A DNA stretch of 59,428 nucleotides. It comes from a virus. Its lineage: Duplodnaviria; Caudoviricetes. The position numbers were made by a program, and so were the translations under genes. The stretch is from positions 1-59,428 of IMG/VR virus record IMGVR_UViG_3300027787_000003; one strand, written 5' to 3'. Positions 9,554 to 19,005 of the stretch are shown piece after piece (position 1 is the stretch's first letter; each line of letters begins with the position of its first letter). The notes below the pieces were generated by a model, which saw only the letters and a list, made by a program, of their open reading frames with translations, was not told the origin of the DNA and searched no databases.

Positions 9554-12045
9554 CCGCGCTGCTCGCGCCGGGCGCGACCCCGGCCAACGATCCCGAGCTG
9601 ATCCGGCAGATGCACGACCGCATCGCCCGGCTCGAACAGGCGCGCACCGTCCGCGTCGGCCCGTGGGTTCTGGCCACCGACACCCTGACGGGCAATCTGA
9701 TCGCTCAGCGGCCCGGCCAGACCGTTCTAATCGACGGCCAGGGAGCCACCGAGGTCGCCGCCCAGGCGGTGAACCTCTCGGGCCTGGGCGACTTCGTGAC
9801 GAACGACCAGCTCACCCTCGCGCTCGAAGGTCTCGACCTCGGCAGCGGCGGGCCGGTCGGCGACGTCATCGGCGCGATCGAGAGCAAGTTCGCCGAGCTG
9901 TACCAGATGCTCACCGGGTCGGGCATCCCCGGCGTGGACGCGCTGACCAAGCTCAGCGACTTCTTCAAGATCGAGCTTGGCGGGCCGGTGGACATCAGCC
10001 GCCTACCGCTGCTGCCGCTGGCTCACATCCGCGACATCATCACCGAGCTTCTGGACGATCCCGACTTCAGCAACCCGCTCACCCTGGCGGGGTTCACCGA
10101 CTGGCTCTGGGACAACACCGACGGCGTGGACACGCCCGGCGTGGCCAAGCTGGTCGCCGACGGGCTGACCCACACGATCTTCAGCAACAACGTCCCGGTG
10201 CGCCCCGGCGACACGCTCAACTTCATGTCCAAGGCCAAGTGGGAGGGCCTGACGACTGGCGCGGCCAGCCCGATTCAGATGCTCGTCAGCTTCTACAACG
10301 CCGCCGGGGCGATGATCGGCGCGCCTCAGCTCCTCGCCTCGACCGGCGCGGCGGGCACCAGCGGCGGCGTCGGCGGCTGGCAGACCATGACCGCGAACAA
10401 CATCGCCGTCCCGGCGGGCGCGGTGAACGCCGTGCAGGAATTGAACGTCACGCCCGGCGCGACCGGCGGCGTGGTCAAGTTCGGCCAGGCCAGCATGAGC
10501 AAGAGCGGGCTGCTGCCTCAGGGCTACGTGTCGGGCCTGCTCGACGCGCTGGCGGGTCTCTGGTCGGGCATCCAAGCGCGCATTGACGACTTCGCCGACC
10601 TGCTCGACGTGTTCGGCAACTTCGGCGTCGGCTCGGGGATGGGCCAACTGACCGACGTCGCCAACCGAATCTCCAAGCTCAACCCGTTGACCGGCACGTT
10701 CGATTCGTCGTTCCTGACCAACATGGCGGCGATCACGCTGCCCAATGGCCTGTCCCAGGTGCCGGTGCTCGGCGGGCTGGTCGATAAGGCGACCGGCGCG
10801 CTGAGCGGTCAGAACCAGACCGGCGGCGGCATCGTCGGCGCGATCGTGGACGACGCCGAAGACGTGATGACCAACCTCTACAACCAGCTCACCGCCAACA
10901 CCCGCAAGGTCCAGGCCCTCGAAGCCCAGGCGACCAGCTCCAGCGTCGGCGGGCGGCAGTTCAACATCAACTTCAGCGACTACCCCAACGGCGCGTTCCC
11001 CTCGGGCCTGTTCAACCTCAGCTACTCAGGCGCGGGGACCGGCGTGCTCGTCATTCAGGACGGCAAGGCCCAGTGGAACGTCGGCAACAGCGGCTACCGC
11101 CGGGCCACGATGCAGTACCCGACCCCGACGCTGACCAGCTTCCAGATCGTGCGCGGCACGATGGCCAGCCCGCCCGAGCAGGGCACCAACGTCCGAATCT
11201 GGTCGGTGGGCCGGGCGAACGCGGCGATGACCGACTTCGTGTTCGCGCGGGGTTACTGCACGGGATTCCTCAGCTACAAGGGCGACATCGGTCGGTACCA
11301 GGGCGGCGTCGAGGCGGTCTGGCAGGCCGGGGTCAGCTTGACCTGGAGCCTCGACCTGCGCGTGGTGATGGGCGTCGGCGTCAACGCCCGCCGCCACATG
11401 GTCCTCAGCGGGGACACGATCGTCTGGGACGGCATCGAGCCGGGCGGCGCTCAGTCGGTGCTCGACTCCGCGCATATGTACTGGGGCGCGATCAGCGAGA
11501 CTAACGGCGGCAAGGTGCCCGGCAACGTCGCCGGGGCGAGCGTCGTGGACAACGCTCCCCCGGCGGTCATCGGCTCGACGTTCCGCGCCAGCCGCCGGTC
11601 GGGCGCTGACGTGACGGTGCCCAGCGGCGCGGCGAAGATGCCGAACAACTTCTACGAGACCGTCGATTACATCAGCCCAGACCTGACCTACACGCCCGGC
11701 ACGAACTGCCGCCTGACGGTCAGCAAACAGGGCACCTACCTGGTCCAATATCGGATTCTGCACGGCCAGTACGCCTCGGGGTCGTTCGGCCACGGGCTGC
11801 TCTGGAAGAACGGCGCGATCTACGAGCGCGGCGGCTGGGGCGGCAACCAGCTCAACCTCGGCTTCAGCGTGAACACGACGCTGGAGGACGCCACGTACGC
11901 CAGCTTCGTCGTCCCGCTCAACCCTGGCGACTACATCGAGCCGGGGATGAACTTCACCGCCAACATGAGCAACACGGGTGACGCCGCCGCGATGGCCGAC
12001 GGATCGCAGTCGTGGTTCGCGGTGACCCGCGTCGGGATCGCCTGA
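9550..12045 (+). CDS. Minor tail protein
   Basis: 831 aa, ATGA overlap with the previous gene, beta-rich C-terminal part. Confidence 0.8.
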   Translation: MTALLAPGATPANDPELIRQMHDRIARLEQARTVRVGPWVLATDTLTGNLIAQRPGQTVLIDGQGATEVAAQAVNLSGLGDFVTNDQLTLALEGLDLGSGGPVGDVIGAIESKFAELYQMLTGSGIPGVDALTKLSDFFKIELGGPVDISRLPLLPLAHIRDIITELLDDPDFSNPLTLAGFTDWLWDNTDGVDTPGVAKLVADGLTHTIFSNNVPVRPGDTLNFMSKAKWEGLTTGAASPIQMLVSFYNAAGAMIGAPQLLASTGAAGTSGGVGGWQTMTANNIAVPAGAVNAVQELNVTPGATGGVVKFGQASMSKSGLLPQGYVSGLLDALAGLWSGIQARIDDFADLLDVFGNFGVGSGMGQLTDVANRISKLNPLTGTFDSSFLTNMAAITLPNGLSQVPVLGGLVDKATGALSGQNQTGGGIVGAIVDDAEDVMTNLYNQLTANTRKVQALEAQATSSSVGGRQFNINFSDYPNGAFPSGLFNLSYSGAGTGVLVIQDGKAQWNVGNSGYRRATMQYPTPTLTSFQIVRGTMASPPEQGTNVRIWSVGRANAAMTDFVFARGYCTGFLSYKGDIGRYQGGVEAVWQAGVSLTWSLDLRVVMGVGVNARRHMVLSGDTIVWDGIEPGGAQSVLDSAHMYWGAISETNGGKVPGNVAGASVVDNAPPAVIGSTFRASRRSGADVTVPSGAAKMPNNFYETVDYISPDLTYTPGTNCRLTVSKQGTYLVQYRILHGQYASGSFGHGLLWKNGAIYERGGWGGNQLNLGFSVNTTLEDATYASFVVPLNPGDYIEPGMNFTANMSNTGDAAAMADGSQSWFAVTRVGIA

Positions 12046-13238
12046 TGCCGTGGTTCCCTGAGCGGCCCGAGCCGGGCGACCTGCTCGCGCCGCCGCCGGG
12101 CTGGCACCCCGAGCCAGCGCCCGAGGAGTTCCTGATCGAGAAGCCGCCGGGCTGGTGGGCGGTGATCGCTCTCGACACGGCGATGACGGTCTACTGGGTG
12201 AGCGAGCTGGAGCTGGAGTTCATCAAGGGCGTCGGGTTCGAGGTGCTACACCTCAGCGTCAGCCGATCGCTGGCGCTCCAGAAGCTCGGGATGCTCAGCC
12301 TTCAGCGCAACGTCAACGTCACCACGGCGCTGGACATGCACGGCGTCTACATGCTCGGCCTCGCGCTGGCGATCACCCTTCAGCACACCCTGGCGCTGAC
12401 CAAGATCGCGAAGCTGGACTTCTCCAAGGCGCTCAACCTGACGCCGAACCTGGTGCTCGGCAACATCAAGACCATCGACATTCCGGCGTTCTGGTCGATG
12501 ACGCCGAGCCTGGTCTACACGCCGATCAAGATGCTGAGCCTGCCTCAGGCGGTCACCGCCACGCCGTCGCTTCAGCTCGGCGCGTTCCTGTCGATGGCGT
12601 TCAGCCAGTCGATTGAAATGTCCTCGGCGCTGGCGTTCGGGTTCCCGCCGACCGCCGAGGTGACCGACACCTACACCGCCGCCGGGGCGGCGACCCACAC
12701 GATCCGGCGGTGGGCCAATTTCATCGACGCGGTGACCCTGGGCGGCGGCGGCGGTGGCCAGGGGAGCGGCTGCTGCTTCGTCAACGGGTTCGGCGCGGGA
12801 CCAGGCGGGTACGCCGAGACCACCCTGACCCGCAACTCCGCGTCCACGGCGACGACGGTCGCCTGGTCGGTGCTCACGGCGGCGATCAACAACGGGACCG
12901 GCGGCAACGGCGGCAACGCGGGCGCGGGCGCGATCCCCGGTATCCCCGGCGCGGGCGGCAACGCCAGCACAATCACCATCGCCGGGTCGGGCACACTGAG
13001 CGGACCCGGCGGCTCAGGCGGCGCGCTGGGTGCCTGGGGCGCTGACATCACGGGCGGCGGGCCGGGCGCTCACTCGTTCAACGGCAAGCCCTACAACGGC
13101 GGGGCGAACGTGACCGGCTCGGGTGCCAACGGAAACGCTCCCGGCGGTGGCGGCGCGGCTGGCGCGGGCGGGTGCTGCTTCGGTACCAAGGGCGGCAACG
13201 GAGCCGTCGGGCGATCGTGGATGAGGAGCTACCAGTGA
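12045..13238 (+). CDS. Glycine-rich minor tail protein
   Basis: TGATG coupling at 12045. C-terminal Gly-rich domain (GGGGGG, GGNGGNAG, APGGGG). Confidence 0.8.
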   Translation: MPWFPERPEPGDLLAPPPGWHPEPAPEEFLIEKPPGWWAVIALDTAMTVYWVSELELEFIKGVGFEVLHLSVSRSLALQKLGMLSLQRNVNVTTALDMHGVYMLGLALAITLQHTLALTKIAKLDFSKALNLTPNLVLGNIKTIDIPAFWSMTPSLVYTPIKMLSLPQAVTATPSLQLGAFLSMAFSQSIEMSSALAFGFPPTAEVTDTYTAAGAATHTIRRWANFIDAVTLGGGGGGQGSGCCFVNGFGAGPGGYAETTLTRNSASTATTVAWSVLTAAINNGTGGNGGNAGAGAIPGIPGAGGNASTITIAGSGTLSGPGGSGGALGAWGADITGGGPGAHSFNGKPYNGGANVTGSGANGNAPGGGGAAGAGGCCFGTKGGNGAVGRSWMRSYQ

Positions 13239-13558
13239 CCGTGATGACCGAGCTTCAGGGCGACACGAACGACTACACCTGGGGAGTGCGGTACTGGTCG
13301 CTGAACGCCGTCGGCGCTGACCCCGGCGACGAGTATTCGTGGAGCGAGGCGGTTTTCATCACCGAATCGGCGCTCGACGCCTACACCCTGTTCGACCAGT
13401 ACGTGGCGGCGTACGCCGCGAACCCCGACGTCCGCAACATTCAGCTCGTCTACACCCCGAAAATCCAGTGGAGGGTCCAGCAAGAGGAGTCGCCCGGTGA
13501 CGCCGAAGCGGCTCGCCAGCGAATCGCTGAAGCCCTCCGCGACACGCCCAACGAATAG
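13235..13558 (+). CDS. Small tail-associated protein (paralogue of 13967 and 19006)
   Basis: GTGA overlap, GAGGAG RBS, C-terminal NPDVRNIQLVYTPKIQW motif. Confidence 0.65.
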   Translation: MTVMTELQGDTNDYTWGVRYWSLNAVGADPGDEYSWSEAVFITESALDAYTLFDQYVAAYAANPDVRNIQLVYTPKIQWRVQQEESPGDAEAARQRIAEALRDTPNE

Positions 13559-13567
13559 GATCGACCC

Positions 13568-13957
13568 GTGGCCGAAGGCATCAGCACATATCTGGCGAAC
13601 AAGCTGCTCGACCACGTTTGTCGCAACGTGGCCTACACGCCGCCCGCGATCGTCTACTTCCAGGCGCACGTCGGCGCGCCGGGCGCGGCGATGACGGCGA
13701 ACGTGGCGACCAACACCGCCCGCGTGGCGACCACCTGGGCGGCGGCGGCGGCTGGCGCGATCAGCCTGTCCAACACACCTGAGCACACCCTGGGCGGCAC
13801 GAACACCATCAGCCACGGATCGTTCTGGGACTCGCCGACGCCCGGCGGCGGCAACCCGCTGTGGTCATCGGCGGCGTCGGTCAGCAAGGGCGGCGTGGCG
13901 GGCGACATCATCCGCGTGAGCACGGCGGCGCTCAGCCTCGGCCCGCTGGCGAGCTAG
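13568..13957 (+). CDS. Minor tail protein
   Basis: 129 aa, N-terminal LANKLLDH and ISHGSFWDS motifs common in actinophage tail proteins. Confidence 0.7.
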   Translation: MAEGISTYLANKLLDHVCRNVAYTPPAIVYFQAHVGAPGAAMTANVATNTARVATTWAAAAAGAISLSNTPEHTLGGTNTISHGSFWDSPTPGGGNPLWSSAASVSKGGVAGDIIRVSTAALSLGPLAS

Positions 13958-13966
13958 GATCAGCCC

Positions 13967-14335
13967 GTGGCCGCATACGAATACGCCCTCGGGTTCGACG
14001 CCTGGACCGGCCCGGTCGAGAAGCTGCCGCCTCAGCCGATGGAGCCGCTACCGCCAGGGCCGGATGCCACGGTCGAGGAGCAGGACCGCCACGTCCGCGC
14101 GCTGGCCGATCACACCGACGCCAAGCGCGCCTACGAGACCGAGCTGCGGAAGCTCACCGCCGACGACGGCAACTGGACGACCCAGCGCACGCCGCTGCCG
14201 GTGACGACCAAGGACGACGCCGAGACCAGCGTGGCCGAGTTCGCCGAGCTGCACGCGACGAACCCGCTGGTGAAGAACGTCGGCCTCTACCGGACGCCCG
14301 CCGTGAAGTGGGAGCTGGTCACCAGCTACGGCTGA
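13967..14335 (+). CDS. Small tail-associated protein
   Basis: 122 aa, good codon usage, NPLVKNVGLYRTPAVKW motif. Confidence 0.65.
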   Translation: MAAYEYALGFDAWTGPVEKLPPQPMEPLPPGPDATVEEQDRHVRALADHTDAKRAYETELRKLTADDGNWTTQRTPLPVTTKDDAETSVAEFAELHATNPLVKNVGLYRTPAVKWELVTSYG

Positions 14336-14655
14336 GGGCGGTTCAGGTTCGGGAAGAACCCGCCGATGAACGCGCCCAGGTCGCCGATCACCGGCAGATT
14401 GATCCCCGGCGGCAACAGCTTGTCGATCGAGTCCCGCGCCGAATCGACCACCTCGGCGATGTCGGGCTTGCCGTCCTGGTCGAGGTCGGTGATCCGGTCG
14501 AAAGCCTTGTCGATCGCCGCGCCGATGGCGACCGGGAGGACCGGCAGAACGAGCTGAGTCACCAGCTTCGCCCCGAGGGCCATCGCCGCCGCCTGGGCGC
14601 GCTCGTCCTCGATGACGTCGATTACCAGTTCCTTGACCCAGCTCCGTACACCCAT
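14326..14655 (-). CDS. Hypothetical protein, antisense within the tail operon
   Basis: Fills the gap between two + genes. ATG at 14655 preceded by a -10-like TACGGT. Hydrophobic stretch and DLDQDGKPD loop. Confidence 0.65.
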   Translation of the reverse strand: MGVRSWVKELVIDVIEDERAQAAAMALGAKLVTQLVLPVLPVAIGAAIDKAFDRITDLDQDGKPDIAEVVDSARDSIDKLLPPGINLPVIGDLGAFIGGFFPNLNRPQP

Positions 14656-14685
14656 GCGCCCACCGTAGCGCGATACCCTGAGCCG

Positions 14686-15333
14686 GTGACCTCGCCGACC
14701 GTGTGCGTATCGGAGAATCTGGCCATCACCGCCGACGGGCGGCTGAGGCTGGCTCCCTGGTCGGTGCCGCAACTGGTCCTCGACGTCGTGGCGCACAGCT
14801 CAGCCGACACGACCAAGCTCACCGCCCACGAAACGCTGCCCGGCGTGCTGCTGATCGACAAGCTGGTCCAGTGGAAGAACTCAGCGCCGATCCCGCGCCA
14901 GGTCCGCGTCGAGGTCACCCGGCGCTGGCGGCGGTGGGTCACCAGCAACCCGAACGCCGTGCAGTTCCGCGATCGGTGGTCGAGCGCCATCACGCCCGCC
15001 GGTCAGGCCGCGCCGATCATTCCCGAGGAGCCGATCACCAGCGGCATCCTGAACGGCCAGGTCGGCACGGCGGGCGACATCGGCACGAACTCAGTCGCCG
15101 AGCCGAACCCCGGCAAGTTCTGGCAGTGGTGGGGCACCGGGTCGAGCGAGGAGTGGCTGGGTCCGGTCGAGCCGGGCGAGACCCTGAGGGTCTGGTACCG
15201 CCAATATGTCTGGACGCCGCCACCTTTCAGCGACAACGCGAACAAGAACTCGCCCGGCCACGAAGCCGAAGCGGGCTGGGCGCGGCTGAGCTTGTGGGCG
15301 TTCCCCGACCAGGGACGGCTGGTGGTCGGATGA
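14686..15333 (+). CDS. Virion structural protein (paralogue 1 of 3)
   Basis: GTG at 14686 in frame with ORF 13861-15333. Shares WxNxxP and RLxLxAxP motifs with the next two genes. Confidence 0.65.
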   Translation: MTSPTVCVSENLAITADGRLRLAPWSVPQLVLDVVAHSSADTTKLTAHETLPGVLLIDKLVQWKNSAPIPRQVRVEVTRRWRRWVTSNPNAVQFRDRWSSAITPAGQAAPIIPEEPITSGILNGQVGTAGDIGTNSVAEPNPGKFWQWWGTGSSEEWLGPVEPGETLRVWYRQYVWTPPPFSDNANKNSPGHEAEAGWARLSLWAFPDQGRLVVG

Positions 15334-15944
15334 GCAGCCTAAAGCTCTGCACCGCCGAGTACATGATCAGCGACTCCAATGGCCTCGGCCCGCGTCGGAC
15401 GTGGCTGCCTCGGGTGATCGCTGAGCAGTTCCTTGAGTCAACCAAGGACGGCGAAATCAAGCTCAGCCCTGACCCGGTGACGATGATCGACGGCGACCTG
15501 ACCTGGTTCAACAATTCGCCCGATCCGCAGCGGGTCTGGGTGCTGGTTCACACCGCGCCGCGCTCGATCATCGCCCAGAACCCGACGACGGTCGTCATTC
15601 ACGACGCCTGGACGCACCGCGTCGGGCGCGACCCGATGGCTGACTTCCCGAGCGTGGTTCAGAACACGTTCGGCGGTCGGCTCCAGATCGACCGGGCCAG
15701 CGTGGCGGCTGACGACATTCAGTTCGGGCGGTTCTTCCTCGACGGCGACGACTCCCAGACCTGGGTGGACCTCGGCGTCGTCCCGGCCAAGCAGAGCTTC
15801 CACTTCCGGTACCTGGCGGCGGTGCAGACCCCGAACACATGGATCGCGCCCGGCACGAACAGCGACGTCACGCCGCGCTGGGAGGCGTACGCCCGATGGA
15901 CCCGGCTCACCGCCTGGGGAGCGCCCGTGGAGGTGGCAGCGTGA
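15330..15944 (+). CDS. Virion structural protein (paralogue 2 of 3)
   Basis: ATGA overlap at 15330, shared motifs. Confidence 0.65.
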   Translation: MSSLKLCTAEYMISDSNGLGPRRTWLPRVIAEQFLESTKDGEIKLSPDPVTMIDGDLTWFNNSPDPQRVWVLVHTAPRSIIAQNPTTVVIHDAWTHRVGRDPMADFPSVVQNTFGGRLQIDRASVAADDIQFGRFFLDGDDSQTWVDLGVVPAKQSFHFRYLAAVQTPNTWIAPGTNSDVTPRWEAYARWTRLTAWGAPVEVAA

Positions 15945-16711
15945 CCGAGCCGTTCCCCTGCGTGGACACCGATCACTTCGAGGTCACCGCCGACGGCGCG
16001 ATCCGGCCTCAGCCGTGGATGCAGTGGCGGCACGTCGGCGGCGTCGAGGTGCCCAGCAAGTCAGGCCAGTACGGCGTGACGCTCTCGACCGGCGGCGGGG
16101 CGGTGCCCGGCGGCGTGGACATCTTCGGCACCCTGGGCACCCTGTTCGGGTCGCTGTTCTCGTTCCTGCCTGGAATCTTCGGAGCGGCCAGCCTTTTCAA
16201 CGTGGTCGAGCAGTCGGCCAGCGCGGCGGGCAACAAGAACGACCTGCTTCACGCGCTTCAGACGTCGTGGGTGAACGACTCCCCGGTGGACCAGTGGGTC
16301 TACGGCAAGCTCACCCGAGGCGGCTGCCGGGTGACGCTTCAGGCCCGCTCGCGAGGCGGGCTGCTGGTGACGTCGGGCTACAAGGTCGGCGCGCCGGGTG
16401 ATGCCGGTCCCCTGGTCCCGGCGTCGATGGTCGGCGTCGGCGCGGACATGGCGCGCGGTGGGACGCTGGCGACCGGCACGACCTATGGCATGGAGGAGAT
16501 TCGCCAGAACAGCGTGACCATCCCGCTCGCGCCCGAGCGCGCGGGCTGGGCCAAGGTCACGCCCGGCCAGTCGATCACCGCCCGCGCCGAGGTCAGGTTC
16601 ATCAGCGAGTTCTGGGAGCCGAGCACCATCGACGGCGGCACCAGCGGCTCGGAGTCGAGCTACGAGACCGGCGGCGCTCGCCTCGACCTGTTCGCCGTGC
16701 CGGTACTCTGA
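15941..16711 (+). CDS. Virion structural protein (paralogue 3 of 3)
   Basis: GTGA overlap at 15941, GGAGG RBS, shared motifs. Confidence 0.65.
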   Translation: MTEPFPCVDTDHFEVTADGAIRPQPWMQWRHVGGVEVPSKSGQYGVTLSTGGGAVPGGVDIFGTLGTLFGSLFSFLPGIFGAASLFNVVEQSASAAGNKNDLLHALQTSWVNDSPVDQWVYGKLTRGGCRVTLQARSRGGLLVTSGYKVGAPGDAGPLVPASMVGVGADMARGGTLATGTTYGMEEIRQNSVTIPLAPERAGWAKVTPGQSITARAEVRFISEFWEPSTIDGGTSGSESSYETGGARLDLFAVPVL

Positions 16712-16739
16712 GGGCTGATTCCCGACCTCGGAGGGTGAC

Positions 16740-17408
16740 TTGTATGACCCGCCAGCCGCGTACGACGACTGCCAATCGGACGCCGACGACGCGCCGACAC
16801 CGCCCGACCACCCGTACCGCGAAATCGAGGTCGAGGGCGTCGGCCTGATCCACGCGCGAAAGCCGCTGCCCAACGCGATCCCCGCGCTGGCCGGGGCGGC
16901 GAACAGCAAGTCCACCGGGCAGGGCCGGGTCGATCAGCTCGACATCTTCGTGCAGGCCCACCTCGCGCCGGGCGAGTTCGAGGGCCTGCTGGCGCGCATG
17001 ATGGACCCCGACGTCGAGCTGCCCGAGGACACGATGCTGAGGGTCAGCCGGGCGATCGCCACGGCGGGGACGGCCAGGCCCTACAGCGCGGTCATTCAGC
17101 TCGCGCTGATGGCCGCTCACAACTGGCGGGCGCTGCGGGTCAAGTACGCGGGCAACGGAATCGGCTCGCTGATGGCGCTGCCGTCGATGCACGTCGTCCT
17201 CGACATGATCGAGCAACTGGGCAGCGAGGCGGCGGCGACCGACGCCAAGAACGCCACCGAGGCGCGGGCCAAGATCACCAGCTACTTCGACAAGCTCTAC
17301 AAGCCCGACGCGACCATGATCAAGGTCGATGGAAAGCTGCCGCCGCCGCCTGGGTTCTCCGACGAGGAGGTCGAGGCGAGCTTCGATGCGTTCCTGAACG
17401 CCCGGTGA
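16740..17408 (+). CDS. Tail assembly chaperone-like protein (paralogue of 133-687 with a C-terminal extension)
   Basis: FVQAHLAPGEFEGLLARMMDPD aligns with FIARHLSPESYGRVFSRLMDPD of the chaperone. GGAGGG upstream of the TTG. Confidence 0.6.
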   Translation: MYDPPAAYDDCQSDADDAPTPPDHPYREIEVEGVGLIHARKPLPNAIPALAGAANSKSTGQGRVDQLDIFVQAHLAPGEFEGLLARMMDPDVELPEDTMLRVSRAIATAGTARPYSAVIQLALMAAHNWRALRVKYAGNGIGSLMALPSMHVVLDMIEQLGSEAAATDAKNATEARAKITSYFDKLYKPDATMIKVDGKLPPPPGFSDEEVEASFDAFLNAR

Positions 17409-17447
17409 TGACGGGCTGATGCCCGCCGCTCCGTTACCCTGACCATC

Positions 17448-17855
17448 ATGGCCATCACCTCCGTATTCTTCGACACCGCCGCCCCGGCGGGGTCCAAGTT
17501 CGACGCCGAGGTCGCCGCCGAAATCGAGGAGCTGGCTCCCGGCCTCGCGCCGGGCGAGGTCGGCGAGGCTGAGCTGGCCGACGGCGCGGTGACGAACGAC
17601 AAGCTGCACGCGGGCGCTGTGACCGCCGAGAAGATCGCCGAGGGCGGCGTGGACACCGCCAACTACGCGGCTGAATCGGTGGACACCAACGCCCTCGCGC
17701 CCGACTCAGTGACCGCCGAGAAGGCGGGCGTCGGGGTCTCGACCGCCTACGACGCCGCCGGTAACCCGGTGGAGGACAAGAAGGTCTACCTCACGACCGC
17801 CCAGTACAACCTGCTCAGCCCGCCCGATCCCAACACGACGTACTACATCAGCTAA
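17448..17855 (+). CDS. Minor tail/fibre protein with 10-residue repeats
   Basis: LADGAVTNDK/LHAGAVTAEK/LAPDSVTAEK repeats and C-terminal TTAQYNLLSPPDPNTTYYI. Confidence 0.7.
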   Translation: MAITSVFFDTAAPAGSKFDAEVAAEIEELAPGLAPGEVGEAELADGAVTNDKLHAGAVTAEKIAEGGVDTANYAAESVDTNALAPDSVTAEKAGVGVSTAYDAAGNPVEDKKVYLTTAQYNLLSPPDPNTTYYIS

Positions 17856-18995
17856 ATGCCGATCCGACACGGCGCGCTGCCGCAGCCCATCGCGATCCGC
17901 CGAGGCCGCACCGTCATCCGCGAGGTGCGGCGCGGCGGGACGCTGGTCTGGTCATCGAGCGCGGTGCGCGACTGTTTCGACTTCGAGGGCTGGCTTCAGG
18001 GCTGGATTGACGAGATGTGCGACGATCCGGCGCACCTGATCCCCGACGGTCTGGGCTACCTGTTCGACGGGCTGGACAACGCCGTCGGCTCGGTCGTGCA
18101 GTACACGAACGACGCTGTGAACCAGACCGGCGTGCTGGTGGCCAACACCACGAACAGCGCCGTTGACGCCTACTGCGGCATGTGGGGCGGCTCAGCGCCC
18201 GACGGGCTGCTGGGTCTGATCAACGGGCTGCCGCTGATCGGTGGCCCGGCGAAGCCGTTCCTCGACATTCTGGAGCAGTGGTTCGGCGGCACGCTGGAGG
18301 TCGATCAGCTCATCGGCAAGATTCCCGTCGTCGGCCAGCTCGCCCAGAACCTCGGCCTGATCCCCGACCAGCTCGGAAACCTGCTCGATCCGATCAACTA
18401 CGTGATTGACGAGGCAGGCAACGTCGTCGGCGTCATCACTTGCGGCGCGTACAAGGACATCGGCGGCGTGTTCGAGCCGCTGTGCTTCGTCATCGGCCAG
18501 GTCGGCGGCGCGGCGCGAATGCTCATCCCCGACGGGCTGATGTCGCTCGATCTGACGACCAGCCGATTCCGGCACCCGACGGTGATGCTCGCCGACGACG
18601 GCTACCTGGAGGTCGAGATTGCCGAGGGCGGCGGGCCGGGCGTCATCACCCAGGTTTTCCGCCGGTACTCCAATGACGGCTCGGGCAACGCGGGCGTCGG
18701 CCTCGACCTGCGGGACCGGGCGGTCTCGATCGTCCGCCGGGTCGGTGGCGTCGATACCCTGGTGAAGCCCAACCTGGCCAGCTTCGGCGGCGGCGACAAG
18801 CTGCGCCTTGTCCAGACCGGCAACCTGCACGAACTGTTCAAGAACGGCGAGCCGGTCGGTTCGTGGAACGACGCGGGCGCGACGGCGGTCAAGTCAGCCG
18901 CCGCCCGCTCGATCGCGATGCTCATGCAGGGCGCTCAGCAGTTCGGAGGGAGCCGACTGTTCTCGCCCTCGCTGAGTTGCGTCGAGGCGGCGTAA
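17856..18995 (+). CDS. Minor tail protein
   Basis: 379 aa abutting the previous stop, beta-sandwich-like C-terminus. Confidence 0.65.
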   Translation: MPIRHGALPQPIAIRRGRTVIREVRRGGTLVWSSSAVRDCFDFEGWLQGWIDEMCDDPAHLIPDGLGYLFDGLDNAVGSVVQYTNDAVNQTGVLVANTTNSAVDAYCGMWGGSAPDGLLGLINGLPLIGGPAKPFLDILEQWFGGTLEVDQLIGKIPVVGQLAQNLGLIPDQLGNLLDPINYVIDEAGNVVGVITCGAYKDIGGVFEPLCFVIGQVGGAARMLIPDGLMSLDLTTSRFRHPTVMLADDGYLEVEIAEGGGPGVITQVFRRYSNDGSGNAGVGLDLRDRAVSIVRRVGGVDTLVKPNLASFGGGDKLRLVQTGNLHELFKNGEPVGSWNDAGATAVKSAAARSIAMLMQGAQQFGGSRLFSPSLSCVEAA

Positions 18996-19005
18996 TCTCG
19001 CCGCC

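Noticed and set aside
13861-14685. 5' extension of ORF 13861-15333, and similar upstream extensions at 8318, 14703, 39211, 53464 and 56934
   Set aside because: They overlap better-supported genes. Downstream starts with coupling, RBS or -10 signals were chosen instead.
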